From: the human T2T-CHM13v2.0 reference genome, Homo sapiens | Direction: 5' to 3' (one strand) | Length of the DNA stretch: 64,000 nt | NCBI RefSeq assembly: GCF_009914755.1 | Contig: NC_060929.1 | Shown: piece after piece, positions 28,732 through 44,075 of the stretch | How positions within the stretch are numbered: position 1 is the stretch's first letter | Layout of the letters: every line of letters starts with the position of its first letter | Notes under the pieces: model-generated | The model's input: the letters and a program-made list of their open reading frames with translations, nothing else | Databases searched by the model: none | What the model was told of the DNA's origin: nothing | Translations under genes and position numbers: made by a program

Positions 28732-29044
28732 CAATAGTTCCTCTTTATCGGCTGTTTCGCTTTTCATGATTTCAGTTACCCACGGTACAATACAATGAGA
28801 TATTTTGAGAGAGAGAGACCCCATCCACATAACTTGTATTACAGTATATTGCTATAATTGTTATATTTTATTATTAGTTATTGTTGTTAATCTCTTACTG
28901 TGCCTATTTTAGAAATTAAACTTTATTATAGGTATGTATGTATAGGAAAAACCATAGTGAATACAGGGCTCAGTACTATTTGCAGTTTCAGGCACCCACT
29001 GGGGAATCTTAGAATATATCCACTGCAGATAAGAGAGACTACTG
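28732..29044. mobile_element. MER44A-like (TcMar-Tigger) MITE
   Basis: Termini 'caatagttcctctttatc' and 'gataagagagactactg|ta'; internal 'gagagagagacc..cacataact' and 'ttaatctcttactgtgcct'. Confidence 0.8.
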
Positions 29045-30877
29045 TAATTCTGACATTAGACATTCACTAATCATCTGCCTCACAATTTTCTTTTGCTGAC
29101 ATTTACCCTTGCACTCTAGGAGAGTTTCTGAAGTTTGCCCCCCACATATTTTATTTCTAAATTCTGCTCTTTGAAACTTCTAATACAGGTTTAAATTTTG
29201 GTTTTCGTTTTTGGTTTCTTTGTGTCCCCTTCTTATCCTCTCTTACCTCTTTGTCTCACTCCATTATCATTCCATCTCAATCTATAGCTCTTTACTCCAT
29301 TTCATGAAGGTAATACCATCTTGTTTCCTATCAAGGATGTACACTTTTGTCTGAATTTTCTTCTTATTCTGTATCATTTTATGAGATCTGTCTTTTTCAG
29401 TCTTCGGGGTAATGATGCCCTCTGCCTTTCTCTGTGGTGGTTTTGAGAGGCAAAATTTCTTTCTGATTACTCTTTTAAGGAGAGCTTGGCCTACTCCTAG
29501 AGCTTGTCAGCTGTGATGAGCACATTGTCCTTAGCCCTGCTCTTCATCTATGTCCCTGCTAACTAAATCTCCTCAGACCTACAGCTGTTTGGCAGGTGAA
29601 TATGCACAATGCTGGTAAAATCCCCACTACCTAGTGGACTTTCATTCATTACAGAACATCCACTGTATGAAATGAGATGCAGGGAATAACTCCATTTTTT
29701 AGCAAGGATTGCTAATGCGGCTTTTTTTACCTCCACCCCCAAGAAGGCCACTTTGTACTTAGGACAACTACTCCCCCAGGTGCAGCATGCTACTGCCACA
29801 CCCTGCGCACAACCCATCCTCCCACACCCTGCCCACTCCACTGAACGCACCAGATTTCTGCTTAGTTGGTTTCCAGGATTTGGATTTGGAATCTTTGACT
29901 TGGGTTAGAAAGAGAGGCACTAATGGGGAATAAAGATAGGTTGCCTCATGAAGAGGACTCCTACCAAAGAGGTTTGACTGCTAGGTTTTCTAGATGGCTA
30001 CATTTCTGTGTGGAGTATGAGCATTCAGGAAAGAGGGGGTCTTTCAGGGACATAAGCTTGCTCTGTTTCAGATGCATGACACAAGTGGTTCACCAATTGT
30101 GCTTTTCAATATAGTTCCATTGGCTTCGATTAGGATGGAGATTCTGCCTAGATTTTTGGCATTTGGTAGGCTTCCTTTAGTGTTTGGTTAAGTTCTGCTC
30201 TCTTCTATGAGAAAATGAAAAAATAGAAACTTCTAGAGACAATATTTTATACCAGGAATTCTTGAAATTGGCTCATAATGACAGTGTTCAGCTTCTTGAA
30301 TCAAGCTCCTCTATTCTAGTTTGCTTGGAGTGAAACCTATGAAATGGCTTTCCACTTTAAACTCTGTTCTGTGTATCATTCAGCCCCTCATGAGTTTTAA
30401 CAGAGGGGCAGGAGGATTACTAGCAGGACATGATTAATCATCACAGGGCATTTGCATCACCTCTTTTGTGGTATTTCTCTGTGTGGTCCCGGTACATTTG
30501 TCTTTCTCTATAAGTCTTCATAATGTTGGTCACTGCTTGTTTTCCTATGAGCAAAACTTATTTACATAGATATTAGAATTATTTTCCTATGTGGAATGTG
30601 TCAGATAGGTTTTCATGAGCACTGCATGAATTTAAGTTCAAAGCTACAATTAAAACTCCTGGCATTATGTAGACATTAAAGCAATCTATTTATCCTAAGA
30701 TACAAATTCAGTTTGAATTCTGAGAGAAATTTAGAAAATTTACAAAATTTAGGACAAAAACTCTGTGCCATTCTGAGACCACAGTGAGAGCATCTTCTTT
30801 CTCATCTGTTGTGAAAGCTTTGAAGAGCCACACTCACAACTCAGTTAACCTGCTATTGATCTGTGGTTTCTATAGAA

Positions 30878-31130
30878 GCAGCATATGATACATTCTGAGT
30901 GTAGGGTTTAGGGTCCAATGCCTGGATTTAATTCCCAGCTCTGCTAATTCCTAGCTCTGTGTCTTTAGGCAAGTTACTTTGCCTCACTAAGGGCACATTC
31001 CTTATCTGTAAAATGAGGATACTAATAGTTCTTACATAAGAGTCAATGTGAAGAACAATCAGACCATCCATATGTAGTGTCTAGAACAGTGCCTGGGACA
31101 TATGAGGTGCTCTATAAATCTTACCTCCTG
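30878..31130 (+). mobile_element. MIR SINE
   Basis: 'attcccagctctgctaattcctagctctgtgtctttaggcaagttactt...atctgtaaaatgagga...agaacagtgcctgggaca'. Confidence 0.75.
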
Positions 31131-31310
31131 TTATTGTTATTATTATTATTGGTGTTACTTTATTATTATTAGCTCAGTAAAGAGAACTTGTTTGGCAATA
31201 AAGGTGAGTCTCGTATTGATGTCTACCTATGGGATGGGGCAGGGCTCAAATTCTTTGGTTGATTATATATTGCAGCACCTTCCCATTAAAAAATGAGGGA
31301 AGTTTGATAG

Positions 31311-31777
<467 letters not shown>

Positions 31778-32538
31778 TGAAAATAATGTGCCTTTAAATT
31801 AAGAATCTGTGATATACAAAATGTTGTATCATTGGATAGGGAATGGTATTAAAAAAACAACTGAACACTTTGCCTCTATGAGAGAATATATAAATATATA
31901 TATATAAATATATCAACATTATATCATACAATAATAATATACCCTTCATTATCTTATTTTAGATTTATGAGCTGAATTACCTAAGATCTTAGGTCCCACC
32001 AAATTGTCTCTGAAAAGATTATATTTTATTGCTTGTGGAATCAGAGTAAAATACTAACAAAATATTGACGGAATTGAATGGATGTTCAGTTCACTTCAGC
32101 ACAGATCATAAGCACTAGAAACCTCATGGACAGATGGATTAAATATTATTCCAGAAATAACATGTTTAAAGTTAACTTTTTTTATTCTTCAGACTTTCTT
32201 AGCTTCTCAAAAATAATGGGATGACTGGTTCAAAAGGGACAATAACCTGAAATCATACCCATAGCAAGATATCTGTCTTATCTAAGGACTGAATATGTAT
32301 GATTCTTATCGTAATGTCAATATTATTTTTCCACATAACAAAATACATAATGGCTTGTACATTATAAAAATAGTTCATTTGTGAGAGCAAAATCTCATGG
32401 CAAATTTACATCATAGTCTTTTATTTTCAAGTATCATTATTACAGAATGCTTAGTAAATGTGTAGAGCATTGTATTAGTACCAAAACAAATTTAAAACTC
32501 TCTGTTTCTCATTTTTCAGGATATGGCATGAGATAATG

Positions 32539-32729
32539 CAGTGATTATCAACTCTTTTTGTGCCTAAGAATCACCTGGGGATGGTATGAGAAATTCAGAC
32601 TCCTAGGCTCCATCTCCAGAGACTGATTTAGATCTAAGGTGGGCCCAAGGAATCAGTATTTTTGCCAATCACTCCAGGTGATTCTTCTCTTATGCCAGTG
32701 GTCTTTTGAGCACATTTTGAGTAACACTG
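32539..32729. mobile_element. MER5-like hAT-Charlie MITE
   Basis: 'aagaatcacctgggg...gtgggcccaaggaatcagtatttt...ccaggtgattct...ttttgagtaacactg'. Confidence 0.7.
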
Positions 32730-33618
32730 AAATAATTCTTGTGGAGTGCATAGCATGGTGCGTAGCACACATAAACATTGATTTCTTTATTTCTTTTTTC
32801 TTTCATTTTTTTTTCTTTTTCAAATGACCTCTCCTTTTCCCCCCTGACCAACTCACTCTGCCATATTGTGGGAATACAGTAGAGCACACTAAGAGAGCTG
32901 CAGTTTCAGAGTCAGTGGACCTTGTGGGAGGCTTTGGTTGGAGGGATCAGTTACTGATACTATTTCTTCCCACTTCTCCCAGGACCTTGTCCTTTAGATC
33001 TTTTGATTATTCCTTTTTTTTTTCACTCTTTATTTCATGACTCCTCTTTAGACTACATATTAGCTCAATCTTCATCATAAACTGTTTTAAAGCAATTCCT
33101 TTGAAACTGCTCAAGCTCCAATTCCATCTCTGCCTCTAACCCTCACTACCAAAATTCCTGGTTAAAATTATTGAAGAAAAGAGTGTAGAGAGAGAAGAGA
33201 GAGAAACTAAAATCAAGTGTTGATAAATGCCTACATGTAGAAAGTGGGAAGGATAACTCAAGTCAAAGAAGCAGCAAGCAAAGAGGTAGAGGAAGCTGGG
33301 TGCTCCCTGTCATCAGTGTGGGGGGTGCAGGAAGAAGTGGAGGGTCAGTAGGGCTGAAATGCTGATATTTCCAGAGGGATGGGGGCTGAGGCAAGGTCCT
33401 GATTGGAGACTGGGATAGTATCAGTTCTCTTCCAAGCTGTTTTTGTGGAGTAATAGAAGGTTTCCATTGTACTGTGATTATGATTGAGAGGGTGCTGAGT
33501 ATGTGGAGATTCTGCATGGTAGATTCTTCTTCCAATGTATGTAGATTTATGTAAAGAACAGCAGATAAAGCAATGAAAAATGAAGTCAGTGTTTACTTAC
33601 ACAAAAAGAGATAAGTTC

Positions 33619-34216
33619 TGTAAGGAAAAAAATATTCATGTTACTTGTTAAACAATAGTAAGGCAGACTTCATTCCAGACCATTGCTATAGGTGTAGGGA
33701 CCACTGCAAGGGAATTTTGCAGTAAGAGGGGAGAAATTATAGGGGTGGCTGGTTTTTCCAAGAGTTGACTCCATAGCCAACCTTAATTTTAACAATCTAA
33801 TTCCATGTACATCATTCTCAAATATTGCATTCTATTATAGTTATTCAAGGCCTTGGTAGTATTTAGCTCCAAATATAATGAAGAAAAGTGGGGATTTTTA
33901 GCTAGGAGCAGGGCCAGGGATCGTTGGATGGAAAATTAAAAGGAAACATCAGGGATAAGGCGGATTCTGGGAAAAGTGACCTATAGGATTCTTGCTTAAG
34001 GCCAGCGGGTGATCAGATCTCACCTGGCGGATGGTGGAGGATGAGGGGACTTGATCGGATAGCAAGAATGGAGGATTCTGACTAAAGTAGCCTGTCAGTA
34101 TTCTTGCTATGAGTGGGTAGTGCAGAGATGAACGTGGAAGTCCAACAATGAGGCCTAATTGAAAAAGAGCTCAGAGGAGCCTGATTAGAATTTAGTCAAG
34201 GAGAGAATCTTTGTCA
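33619..34216 (-). mobile_element. Solo LTR, ERV1 class (MER31-like)
   Basis: TG...CA ends. 'tacttgttaaacaatagtaaggcagacttcattccagaccattgctataggtg' and 'ggatggaaaattaaaaggaaacatcaggg...gtcaaggagagaatctttgtca' match reverse MER31 as I recall it. Confidence 0.7.
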
Positions 34217-35189
34217 GTGTGACTGAGACACTTCACATGTTATAGATGTCTTGGATTGTTTGGTACTGTTCTCTGCCAGTTGTTTATTGATAAATGAATT
34301 CATTTATTAATTAAGAAACATCAAATAAGAAAGATGTTGTTTGGAAAGAACTAACAAGTGAATTCTAAAAATTTGTTTGTCTTAATCATTACGATTCTAG
34401 ACCTCCTAGTTTGTTATTCACATTAAAGTTGGTATTTTTGGGCTCTCTCTTTTGCACATCAAGCCTCTCATTCCTAAATGATCTAATTCAAGCTTAAGGA
34501 CCAGAATTTTTGGACTTTAGTACCATTCTAGAAATATATCATTCTAAAATCTGAAATCTACAATTTTGAAGAAAACTATTTATAGGAAACTGAGAGCTAA
34601 AACAATCTTATAATAACATCCCATTTTTGGTTTCACTTAGTACTTAAGATAAAAATTGCTTCTCTGAATATAATTTTGTCACTTTTTTTCCTGTGTACTT
34701 TCTTAATACAGCAAGTAGACTCAGTAAAATCTGATACAATATACTTATTTCACTAGTGAAATTGAAAGCTGAATGACTGGCGAATTTAAAAGATAATGAG
34801 GGTTCTTACTACCAGCGCCAATAAGAAAGGTTAGACATTTGTTAAACGTGATATGGTGCTATCTGCCTGCATGTTAACCATATAGTTCAGGGGACACCCA
34901 GTGGTTAAAAGTAGGTAATTCCTTGCTGTGGTACAGTGTTAAAAAATTATGGAAAAATATATTTCTTGGCTCAGCAGTGATCACACATTGTTGATTTTTT
35001 CTTTCTGAATGAGTACATGTTAGGATGTGTGTGTGTTTTGAGAAAATGTTTGGTCTTGACTTTATATATAAATTTTCTTTGAATAATAAAAACTCACCAA
35101 CAATTTTGAAAATGTTAGAAATATGATTAAACTTTTCCTTTAATTAAAACAAATTAGAAATGTGGAACAAGTGACTGCGTCATAAATAA

Positions 35190-35640
35190 GAAAAGCCTTT
35201 TTGACCCAGAAATCCCAATTCTAAGAATGTATTCCAAGTATATAATCAGAGGTGTACATGATGACTTACTTATATCCAACGATATTTATCATAGCTTTAT
35301 TTATAATAACAACAAACTAAGAAGGAAACACCTGTATGGAAGTTAAGTAAAATCATAGCGCTGATATACTGACGAAGGCATTTTTAATACTGTGTTTTGA
35401 AAAACATTTAATGACAGGCAAAAATGCTTATATTAGGTAAAAATCTTTCTAAATGTAAGATTACAATTCTATTCATATAACATACTTATAATATGTTATC
35501 ATGTGCATATTTTTGTATTTGTATAAAAATAGGAAAAAACTGAAATTAGTTGTCTTGGATGACAGGATTTTAAGTAATTATTATTTCTTCTTCCTACTTT
35601 TTTTAATCTTAAATGTATTTATTAAACCAGAAGAAAAAGA
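35190..35640 (+). mobile_element. Old L1 (L1M-type) fragment, ORF2 end/3' UTR
   Basis: 'tttgacccagaaatcccaattctaagaatgtattcc...atatttatcatagctttatttataata'. Diverged. Confidence 0.6.
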
Positions 35641-37067
35641 ACAATAAGCAGCATAGATAATAAAAGAGTAAGATAAGAGTGTTTTACCAATGACCAGAAA
35701 AGTACCCATGCATGTATCTGCTTAGACCTTAAAGAGAGAAGTGCTGTGTATTTGAGATTTTTTACTTTGGGGCCCCTAAGAGATACTTTCAGAGCAAGGC
35801 TGCTGCTGCTGTGTGTGTGTATATGAGTGTATGTTTTGTGTGCTTGTGTGTAGGGGTGGGGGCACACACACGTGTTTGAGTAGAAAAGCACCTCTTAAAT
35901 ACAGACAGAAAATAAGAACAAAGACAACTTGGAGGGCAAGAATACTGAAATATTTTTAGTTCATATTCTCTTTGGAATCTGATGAAACTGTGATCTTTTC
36001 TCTGAAAGCTACACACATGTACGAATACAAAAAATACTCTCCAAAATGTTACATACAATTTAAAGAGGTTTATATGCACACACTATCCCCACCCTTGTAG
36101 GGACAATCTTATCAAGTAGATATATTTAGGAGGCACTATGTTATAGTATTTTCCTAGGTGGCTTGCTGATGTCTGAAATTCTACCATTAACAATTTCCTT
36201 AATCTTTCATTGCCTTTTTCTGCATCTTCTTTTAAACTGTAGGTATTTCTAGGTAATATATTCACTATTAATGCCCTTGTGAGAACTAGTTTGGCAGGAA
36301 AGGAAGAGAATACCGTAAGCATTTTTTTTCTGTAGATTCTGTAAAGGTAGTAGAGCACCAGAGATCATTTGATGAAAATAGCTAACACATAAATAGGCAT
36401 TATATACACATGCAAATACATGTGTGCACACATGAGCACACACATGCGCCTTATGGCAACCCCATTCTCCTGATAAGGAAATTGAGGCACAGCTTGATTA
36501 AATAACCCATCTAAGGCCACACAGTTATTTAATAATAGAACCCAGAATTGAAATCACTTTCCAGAGTCTGTGCTTTTAACTAGTATCCGATACTCATCAT
36601 AAAATTACTTATATTATGAAGTCTACCTTATAGATGGAGGCCAACTCCATAGACTTTCTTACTTCTATTGTCATTTTTTTGTTATTCACTTTTCTACTTC
36701 TTCATTTCCCTCTTTCTTCCTTGTGTGATGCCCTCTTTTCATTCAAGATTATATAGCAAGTTCAGTCATTCCAATTCCCATGATGTAGGTATAGCTATTT
36801 TCCCTTTGTAGGTAGGAGATGAGGCTCTGAGGGAAGCAGAGGCAGAGCCCTAGAATAGTAGCATTGTCCTGACTCCTGGTCAGTGCAGCAACCTCAGGAC
36901 TAAAAAGACTTGAGCTGGACTACCTTGAGGGGTTCCACTTGAGATGACACACGGAAACTGAGTAATCAGAAAAAAGAACAACAACAACAAGCAACTCACT
37001 GGAGTGTGCTCACCATAGTGGGTGTTATTAAGGGCCTAGAACATGGGACATTTCATTCAGTATGTGA

Positions 37068-37373
<306 letters not shown>

Positions 37374-37811
37374 TCAGTATGTGAATTTCTATGTAATATT
37401 ATGAGTTAATGGTAAGGCTTATTCATTATGACTTAGTGTTTTTTAGAGCCAGCATATTGTATTTACTGCTTTGCACTTGCAGTAGCACACATTTATACTT
37501 CTTTTGGTAATAAAAGCAATTTGTACTTATTTGGTCACCACTTAAACTATGGTGTTAAAAGAACATTTGTAAATAAGAGTCAGAGTTTTATAATTGCTAG
37601 TGTTGGAGAATCTGTCTACACTTTTGAAAGACAATCTTTTTCTTGACACTGTTTTCAAATAAAGCATGTATTTTCATGTAGAAACACAAGACTTCTTGCC
37701 ATTTTATAGGACAACTACTAAGTTATGGAGTAGATTCTTAACAAATATGTCAAAACTTACATATTTTAATGAGAGTTTTTATCTTGAAAAATACATTTCA
37801 AGAAGTCTAAG

Positions 37812-38102
37812 AAATGTGTTGTTATGCAATTTTATCATTGTGGAAATGCCAGAGTGTACTTACACAAACCTAGATGGTAGATACAGCTTTATTTATATAT
37901 AGTTTTTCATATAGAAAACTAAATGTCTCAGCATCATGACCAAATATTAGTCATTTCCCCTACTTGATCTGCAATGCCAATATCATGTGCCATACATCAA
38001 GTTTCTGTATATGCTCCATTATAATCTTATGGGACCACTGTTCCATATACAGAAAATGCAGTCTGTTGTTGAGTGAAACGCCCTTATTCAGCACATGACT
38101 AC
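37812..38102. mobile_element. Tigger3-like (TcMar-Tigger) fragment
   Basis: 'agagtgtacttacacaaacctagatggta' and 'ccattataatcttatgggaccact...gcacatgact' are Tigger3/GOLEM-type motifs. Confidence 0.7.
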
Positions 38103-39349
38103 ATAGATTTCTTATTATATCACAATATCGCATACTCTAAAAGCTGATCTGGTCCAACCTAACAAAGCTTGAAAGCAAATCTCAAAAAAATCAAACTGTT
38201 TCCAAGTAACTTAACAGTATCCCATTATTAGAATCATGAGCTAGTTCTAAGGAAAAAATTACATTTTTCTATCCCATAAAAGGTTATTATTTTTTATAAT
38301 TGTATACATAATAAAACTCATAGAAAATTTTCAGCAGCCACTAAGTCTTCTCATGTGTACCAACCAGACCCACTGGGGTTGCCCTGCAGAGGTCAGTCTG
38401 TTCCATTGCTACCTGGGCAAGGACTTTGGGCCTCTCCCTTTAGAGCCAGGATTTTCAACCTGTGGGTCACAGTCCTCAGGATATGTTGTAACTCATTTAA
38501 CCCTCAAAATCACCTTCCGAGGTATGAGCAGAGTTATTCACCCTGCTCAGAAAACTGGTGTTGAGAAATGTTCAGAAACTTGCCTAAGATCTCATAGCTG
38601 GCATTTGGTGGAACAGGACTCTTGCTATATAAATCATAAGATAGAACCATTATCCTAGAGAATGTGGTGCCTTTCTTCACAGAGTCATGAAGTCTCAGGG
38701 TAAAACATGTGGCTTCACTCAGGGAGCCTTTTCTAAGATTTTAAGTGACAGTGACACAGCAACTCTTTGCCTGGCTCTTGGAACTTCATTGTTATTTTGA
38801 AAATTTTAAAGACTCGAGTTCTGATTGACTCAGTAAAAAATTTTTTCTCTGAACTACAATAGATATACAAAAAAGTATGCAACTAATTCTTTTCATGCCT
38901 TCTTGCAACAGATGGTGCAATATCATATAAAAATGAGCTTGTTTTGAGAGTTTCTACTTACTGTGAGTAGATGAATTCTTTCCTCAGGGTGGATCCAGCC
39001 CTATCACTAGTTAGTGAGTATGCAGATCTAGTGAGCTAAGAGATCTGTTCAGGGCAGGGTAGAATTTCTAAGGACTGATGCTGATGTTAAGGAGTATAAG
39101 TGTGAAGAGATACCAACAAAACTAAGCACAAGGTGACATGAAGCCAGAGGACGTTGAAAACCTTGCACCTGGAGGCAAGGGAGGACTCAGGGGGTCAGGT
39201 AGTAACCTGAGAAGACTAGGAAGCAAACCAGATCCTGGAAGAAACTGATGATCCCAAACTCATGTGACTATAGGGCTATTCTGATCCCACATCACTTCAG
39301 AATAAATATTTGATCCTGCATTTTGTTTCATCTCATACCATACATGCCT

Positions 39350-39785
39350 GTACCCAGCATGCTTTGGCTGCACTGGCTTCTTTCTGCTCCTCCTGCTTAC
39401 CAAGCCCATTCTTACCTCAGGGCCCTTGCACGTGCTGCCCTGTCTACCTAGAATGCCTCCTTTCCCTCATCCCATATATACACGATTGGTTTCCACACAG
39501 CAGTCAGGTGTTAGTCAAATGTCACTTCCTCATCCATCCTGTCTGAAGCAACCCTGAGCCAATCACTCTCTGTTACCTCATCCCATCTCACAGTCTGTTC
39601 AGGACTCACCATTCTCTGAAGTCATCTTGTTTTTTTGTTGACTTACTTAAAGGCTGAGTCTTTCTACTGGAATGTAAGTGCCACGAGGGCAGGAGCTTTT
39701 TCTGTTTAATTGGTCATTATATCCCCATTGCCTAGAATAGGACCAGGCTCATAGTTTTCCCAATGAATGAATGAACAAATGAATA
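39350..39785 (+). mobile_element. L2 LINE 3' end
   Basis: 'ctcagggcccttgcacgtgctg...ggaatgtaagtgccacgagggcagg...gcctagaataggaccaggc...aatgaatgaatgaa' tail. Confidence 0.8.
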
Positions 39786-41199
39786 TGTGAAGTCAGACAC
39801 AAATGAAGAAAGGGGGCCAAAACAACATGTAATTAAACTCTGATTACCAATCTGAAAGTAAGGAGTCTGCTCTGTATATGGGTGCATTTCAAGGCTTTTG
39901 CATTGTATTTTCAGTGCCAGATGTCAACAAAGGGCTTAATAAATACTTGTTAGATAAAAATTTAATGAAAGATGATTTTACATATTCCAGTCTCACTTCG
40001 GCTGAACTACATTGGTCCTTTGTGGACTAAGTAATCCAGGCAGCTCTGAGAGCAAGCCAGTCTTTAGGGGAACAGATCATACCCACAAGAAAGTTGAGGG
40101 AGCCTCCATTAAGTTAAAAAACATTTCGTTTATTAGTAAGTCATTTTCAGCATATAAATTAAGTTTAAACAGTCATTATTTTTAACTTAATAGTTTCATC
40201 ACAGCCAAAATACAAATTTTTAAATTCTCATTGGCAGATCCTAATTGGCATATTGTAAGTAGTGGAATCCATTTATAGACTTTAAGTATGTGGGCTTTGA
40301 TGTAGCGAATGGAATCTGTAATTAGCCCAGGATTGGAACATGGCCTTCCTCAATTGTAGCTAAGATCAAAAGCTAATAGCTGGAGTTTGGGACAGCTGTG
40401 TCACATTGAAAACAGACCTAACCTCCTTCAGTTTCCTCGCTGGAAAATGAGAGGTTGAGATAGGTAATGAAGTTGAAATGGATAATGCTACTGCTGTATT
40501 CTTGTCTTTATGTCTTACGTCCAGTCTTTTACACAGAATCCATTTGTACATTAAGGTTGTCAGAAGCTATTTGTTATTATTTGTGATAATTTAAAAAAGA
40601 CTAGCAATCTGGATAAAATGTGGGTTATCCCCTCCTTTTACCATCTCACATATCACACCTGCATCACTAGCTTCTTAGCAGCCTCTTTTGTTTTTATCAC
40701 ATTTATCTAGGTTTTTTTCTTTCCTTGGTTGATGGTAGTAAGTGTATGCTTGGGAGAGACTATTTATTCTACAGATGATGCCTGGGAGCCTGAACTCCTG
40801 CAAATGCCTGTGAGGCCCCCTAGAGTGGTTGGCGAGTGGACACATAGAGATTGTGCTTTGAGGACAGCAAACTAAGTTTTGATTTTGGGGCATGCTAAGG
40901 CAAAATTTACCCTGAAGGGAAAGAAGACTTCAGTTCAAACTTCCATGGCATGCATTTTCAATAAATTAGAAAATATAAATTTGGATAAATATTTCTTCTA
41001 AATATTAAAGAATGAAACCAAATTATTCTCAATTATACATATAAAATATTTGTTGCATAGACATAGAACACTTTAATGTGTTATATGCTAGCTAATTTAT
41101 GCATTATCTTGCCTTGTGTATTCAATATTTACAGTACATTATTCACACTTTATTGACCTTGGAGCATATCACCATTTTACATTATAAAGCTTTATACTT

Positions 41200-41507
<308 letters not shown>

Positions 41508-42679
41508 TTATGTGCTTGCTTCTTTGAAATATAGATATTCATAAGAAAGAGAAAGAGATACAGGATATGAAGGTCTTGTTGAGGAAGCAACTGTGTATTT
41601 TACTTTTCCTTTTTCCCCCATTTATTTTCTTTTTCTCAATTAAAATAGTTACATAAGAAAACACAAAAAAGCCCAAGAAGGATTTTTTAAAAATTACTCT
41701 TCACACCATCAGAAAATAACCTCATATGACCTTAAAGGATCATACTAAACATACTATTTTATAATTTAACTTTTCTTCGTATAAAATATGAATAATATGT
41801 TTTTATTTAATGAAGTGTTTTTCTAGGACATGATTTTTAATAACCAGATGATATTTCATCCTATGGCTCTCCCATAACGTAACGCCCTATTATGGGATGC
41901 AGTATAGGTAGGTAAGAGATTGGAGTCTGGAGCAGATATCCTGCCTTTTACTAACTGTCACCATGGCCAAGTAATTTATTCCTTCTGTTCCTCAGTCCCC
42001 TCACCCATAAAGTGGAGATAACAATAGTATTAGGTTTATATTGGTTTATCTTGTTACTCATGGTATTTAAAACACTTAGAGTACTTAGAATAACGTTCTG
42101 AGAGGCTTTATTCTTGAAGCATTTTATCCTATTACTATCTATAATTCTATTATTCTAATAATTACCTGGCACACCATAGTACTTAATAAACATTCATTAT
42201 TATAGATACTGTTTTCAGCTTTTTTAGGTTATAGTACTGTGATCAGTATCTTTGTAGAAAAATACTTTTTCTCTTCTCTTATTTCCCTAAGATACATTTT
42301 TACAAGTAGAATAGCATCTTTGATACATATTTCTAAATCACCCTGCATAGACATTGTAACATTGTATACTCTCTATGGCACTGTAAGGGTGAGTGAAGTT
42401 TTTGGAAGTACATGAGAACTGCCTCAGTGAGTTTTGCAGTTCTCCAAAATCACTGAATATTGAACAATTGAGACTTATTCAACTTACTCTTCATTTCAAT
42501 ATTTGTATCATCTTCAGGCAAAGTAACGAAAAATTCAAAGCATATGTTTACTTTGGGTGTGTTTCAAATATTAGTCTGATTTTTGCTTGAGAAAATATTT
42601 GTATTGATATGTAAGTTTGCATTTGACTACATTGGTAAGGTGTTTTCCCCCATTGAAACTAATATTTTCTATTTTCAAG

Positions 42680-42751
42680 AAAAAAGCAGCAAGCCTCGGC
42701 AGCAGTCAGTCCTCCAGAACCTATGCTGGTGGAACAGCCTCGGCCACCAAG
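42680..42751 (+). CDS. CAST: Calpastatin exon 1z: KKAASLGSSQSSRTYAGGTASATK
   Basis: Acceptor ttttctattttcAAG| at 42679, 72 nt, donor AAG|GTCAGT, phase 0-0, in frame with exon 1y. Confidence 0.95.
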
Positions 42752-43099
42752 GTCAGTGATTTCCTGAACACGAAAAGACCCCTACTGTATTCTACAGGGA
42801 TATGATTAGTGGGTGGGGCCTGTAGGAATGGCAAACAGTGTCCAGATATCACTGAAGGTTTTTTAACAAAGTATCATTTCTGTGCTAGAAGAGAGAATAT
42901 AATTTCTTAATAATGATGTGAATGATTTAAAACCTAGTAAAACCATTTATTGTATAAATCTTCTTGTCATATAATAAGCGTTAAATAAATATTAATTATT
43001 ATGATGACTATCTGCAGATAATATTAAACTTTTGAACATACTGTGAGTAAAAACGTAGTGCTCCCACTTTAGAAAATAATTCATATCCTCCTCATGGGC

Positions 43100-43300
43100 A
43101 TTAACCACACCAGGCGTGCTGCTAGTGCTTTATGTAATTATATCACGTAATCCCCTCACAATCTTCTTCTTATTCCTTTATACCTGAGGAAACCAGAGCT
43201 CAAGGAGGTTAAGTAACCTTGACAAGCTCACAACGCCAGTAAGATGGAGATAGGGCTTGAACCCAGGTTTCCTGTTAAGAGGTCTTTGACAATGCTGGGT
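43100..43300 (-). mobile_element. MIR SINE
   Basis: 'tgaggaaaccagagctcaaggaggttaagtaaccttgacaag...ggcttgaacccagg'. Confidence 0.75.
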
Positions 43301-43398
43301 CTTATAAACTCCATCTAAGCAATTTTTGGTAATATAACCCTTCAAAGTTTTGCAACTTATAAAAATCACTGAAACCTCACCTTTCGAGGCAAGAAAAT

Positions 43399-43725
43399 GG
43401 CCAGGCACAGTGGCTCATGCCTGTAATCGCAGCACTTTGGGAGGCTGAGGCAGGAGGATCACCAGGAGGATCACTTGAGCCCAGGAGTTCATGACCAGCT
43501 TGAGCAACATAGTAAGACCCTTTCTCTCCTAAAAAAAAAAAAAAAAAAAAAAAATTAAAAATTAGCCAGGCTTGGTGGTGCGTGCCTATAGTCCCAGCTA
43601 CTCAGATGGCTGAGGTTGGAGGATCACTTAAGTCTGGGAGGTCGAGGCTGCAGTGAGCTGTGACAGTGCCACTGCACTCCAGCCTGGGCAATAGAACAAG
43701 ACTCTGTCTCAAAAATAAAAAGAAA
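43399..43725 (+). mobile_element. AluJ-like
   Basis: J-type features ('ggaggatcacttgagcccaggagttc', 'gtcgaggctgcagtgagc'), a 12-bp internal duplication CAGGAGGATCAC and a 24-A linker. Confidence 0.92.
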
Positions 43726-43774
43726 GTCTAATTTTATAATGTTAGCTAGTAATTTTTGATAAATAAAATTGTTT

Positions 43775-44075
<301 letters not shown>

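Noticed and set aside
42680-42693. Alternative downstream AG acceptors at the start of exon 1z
   Set aside because: The offsets (+7, +10, +14) all shift the frame, and the sequence gives no evidence that they are used.
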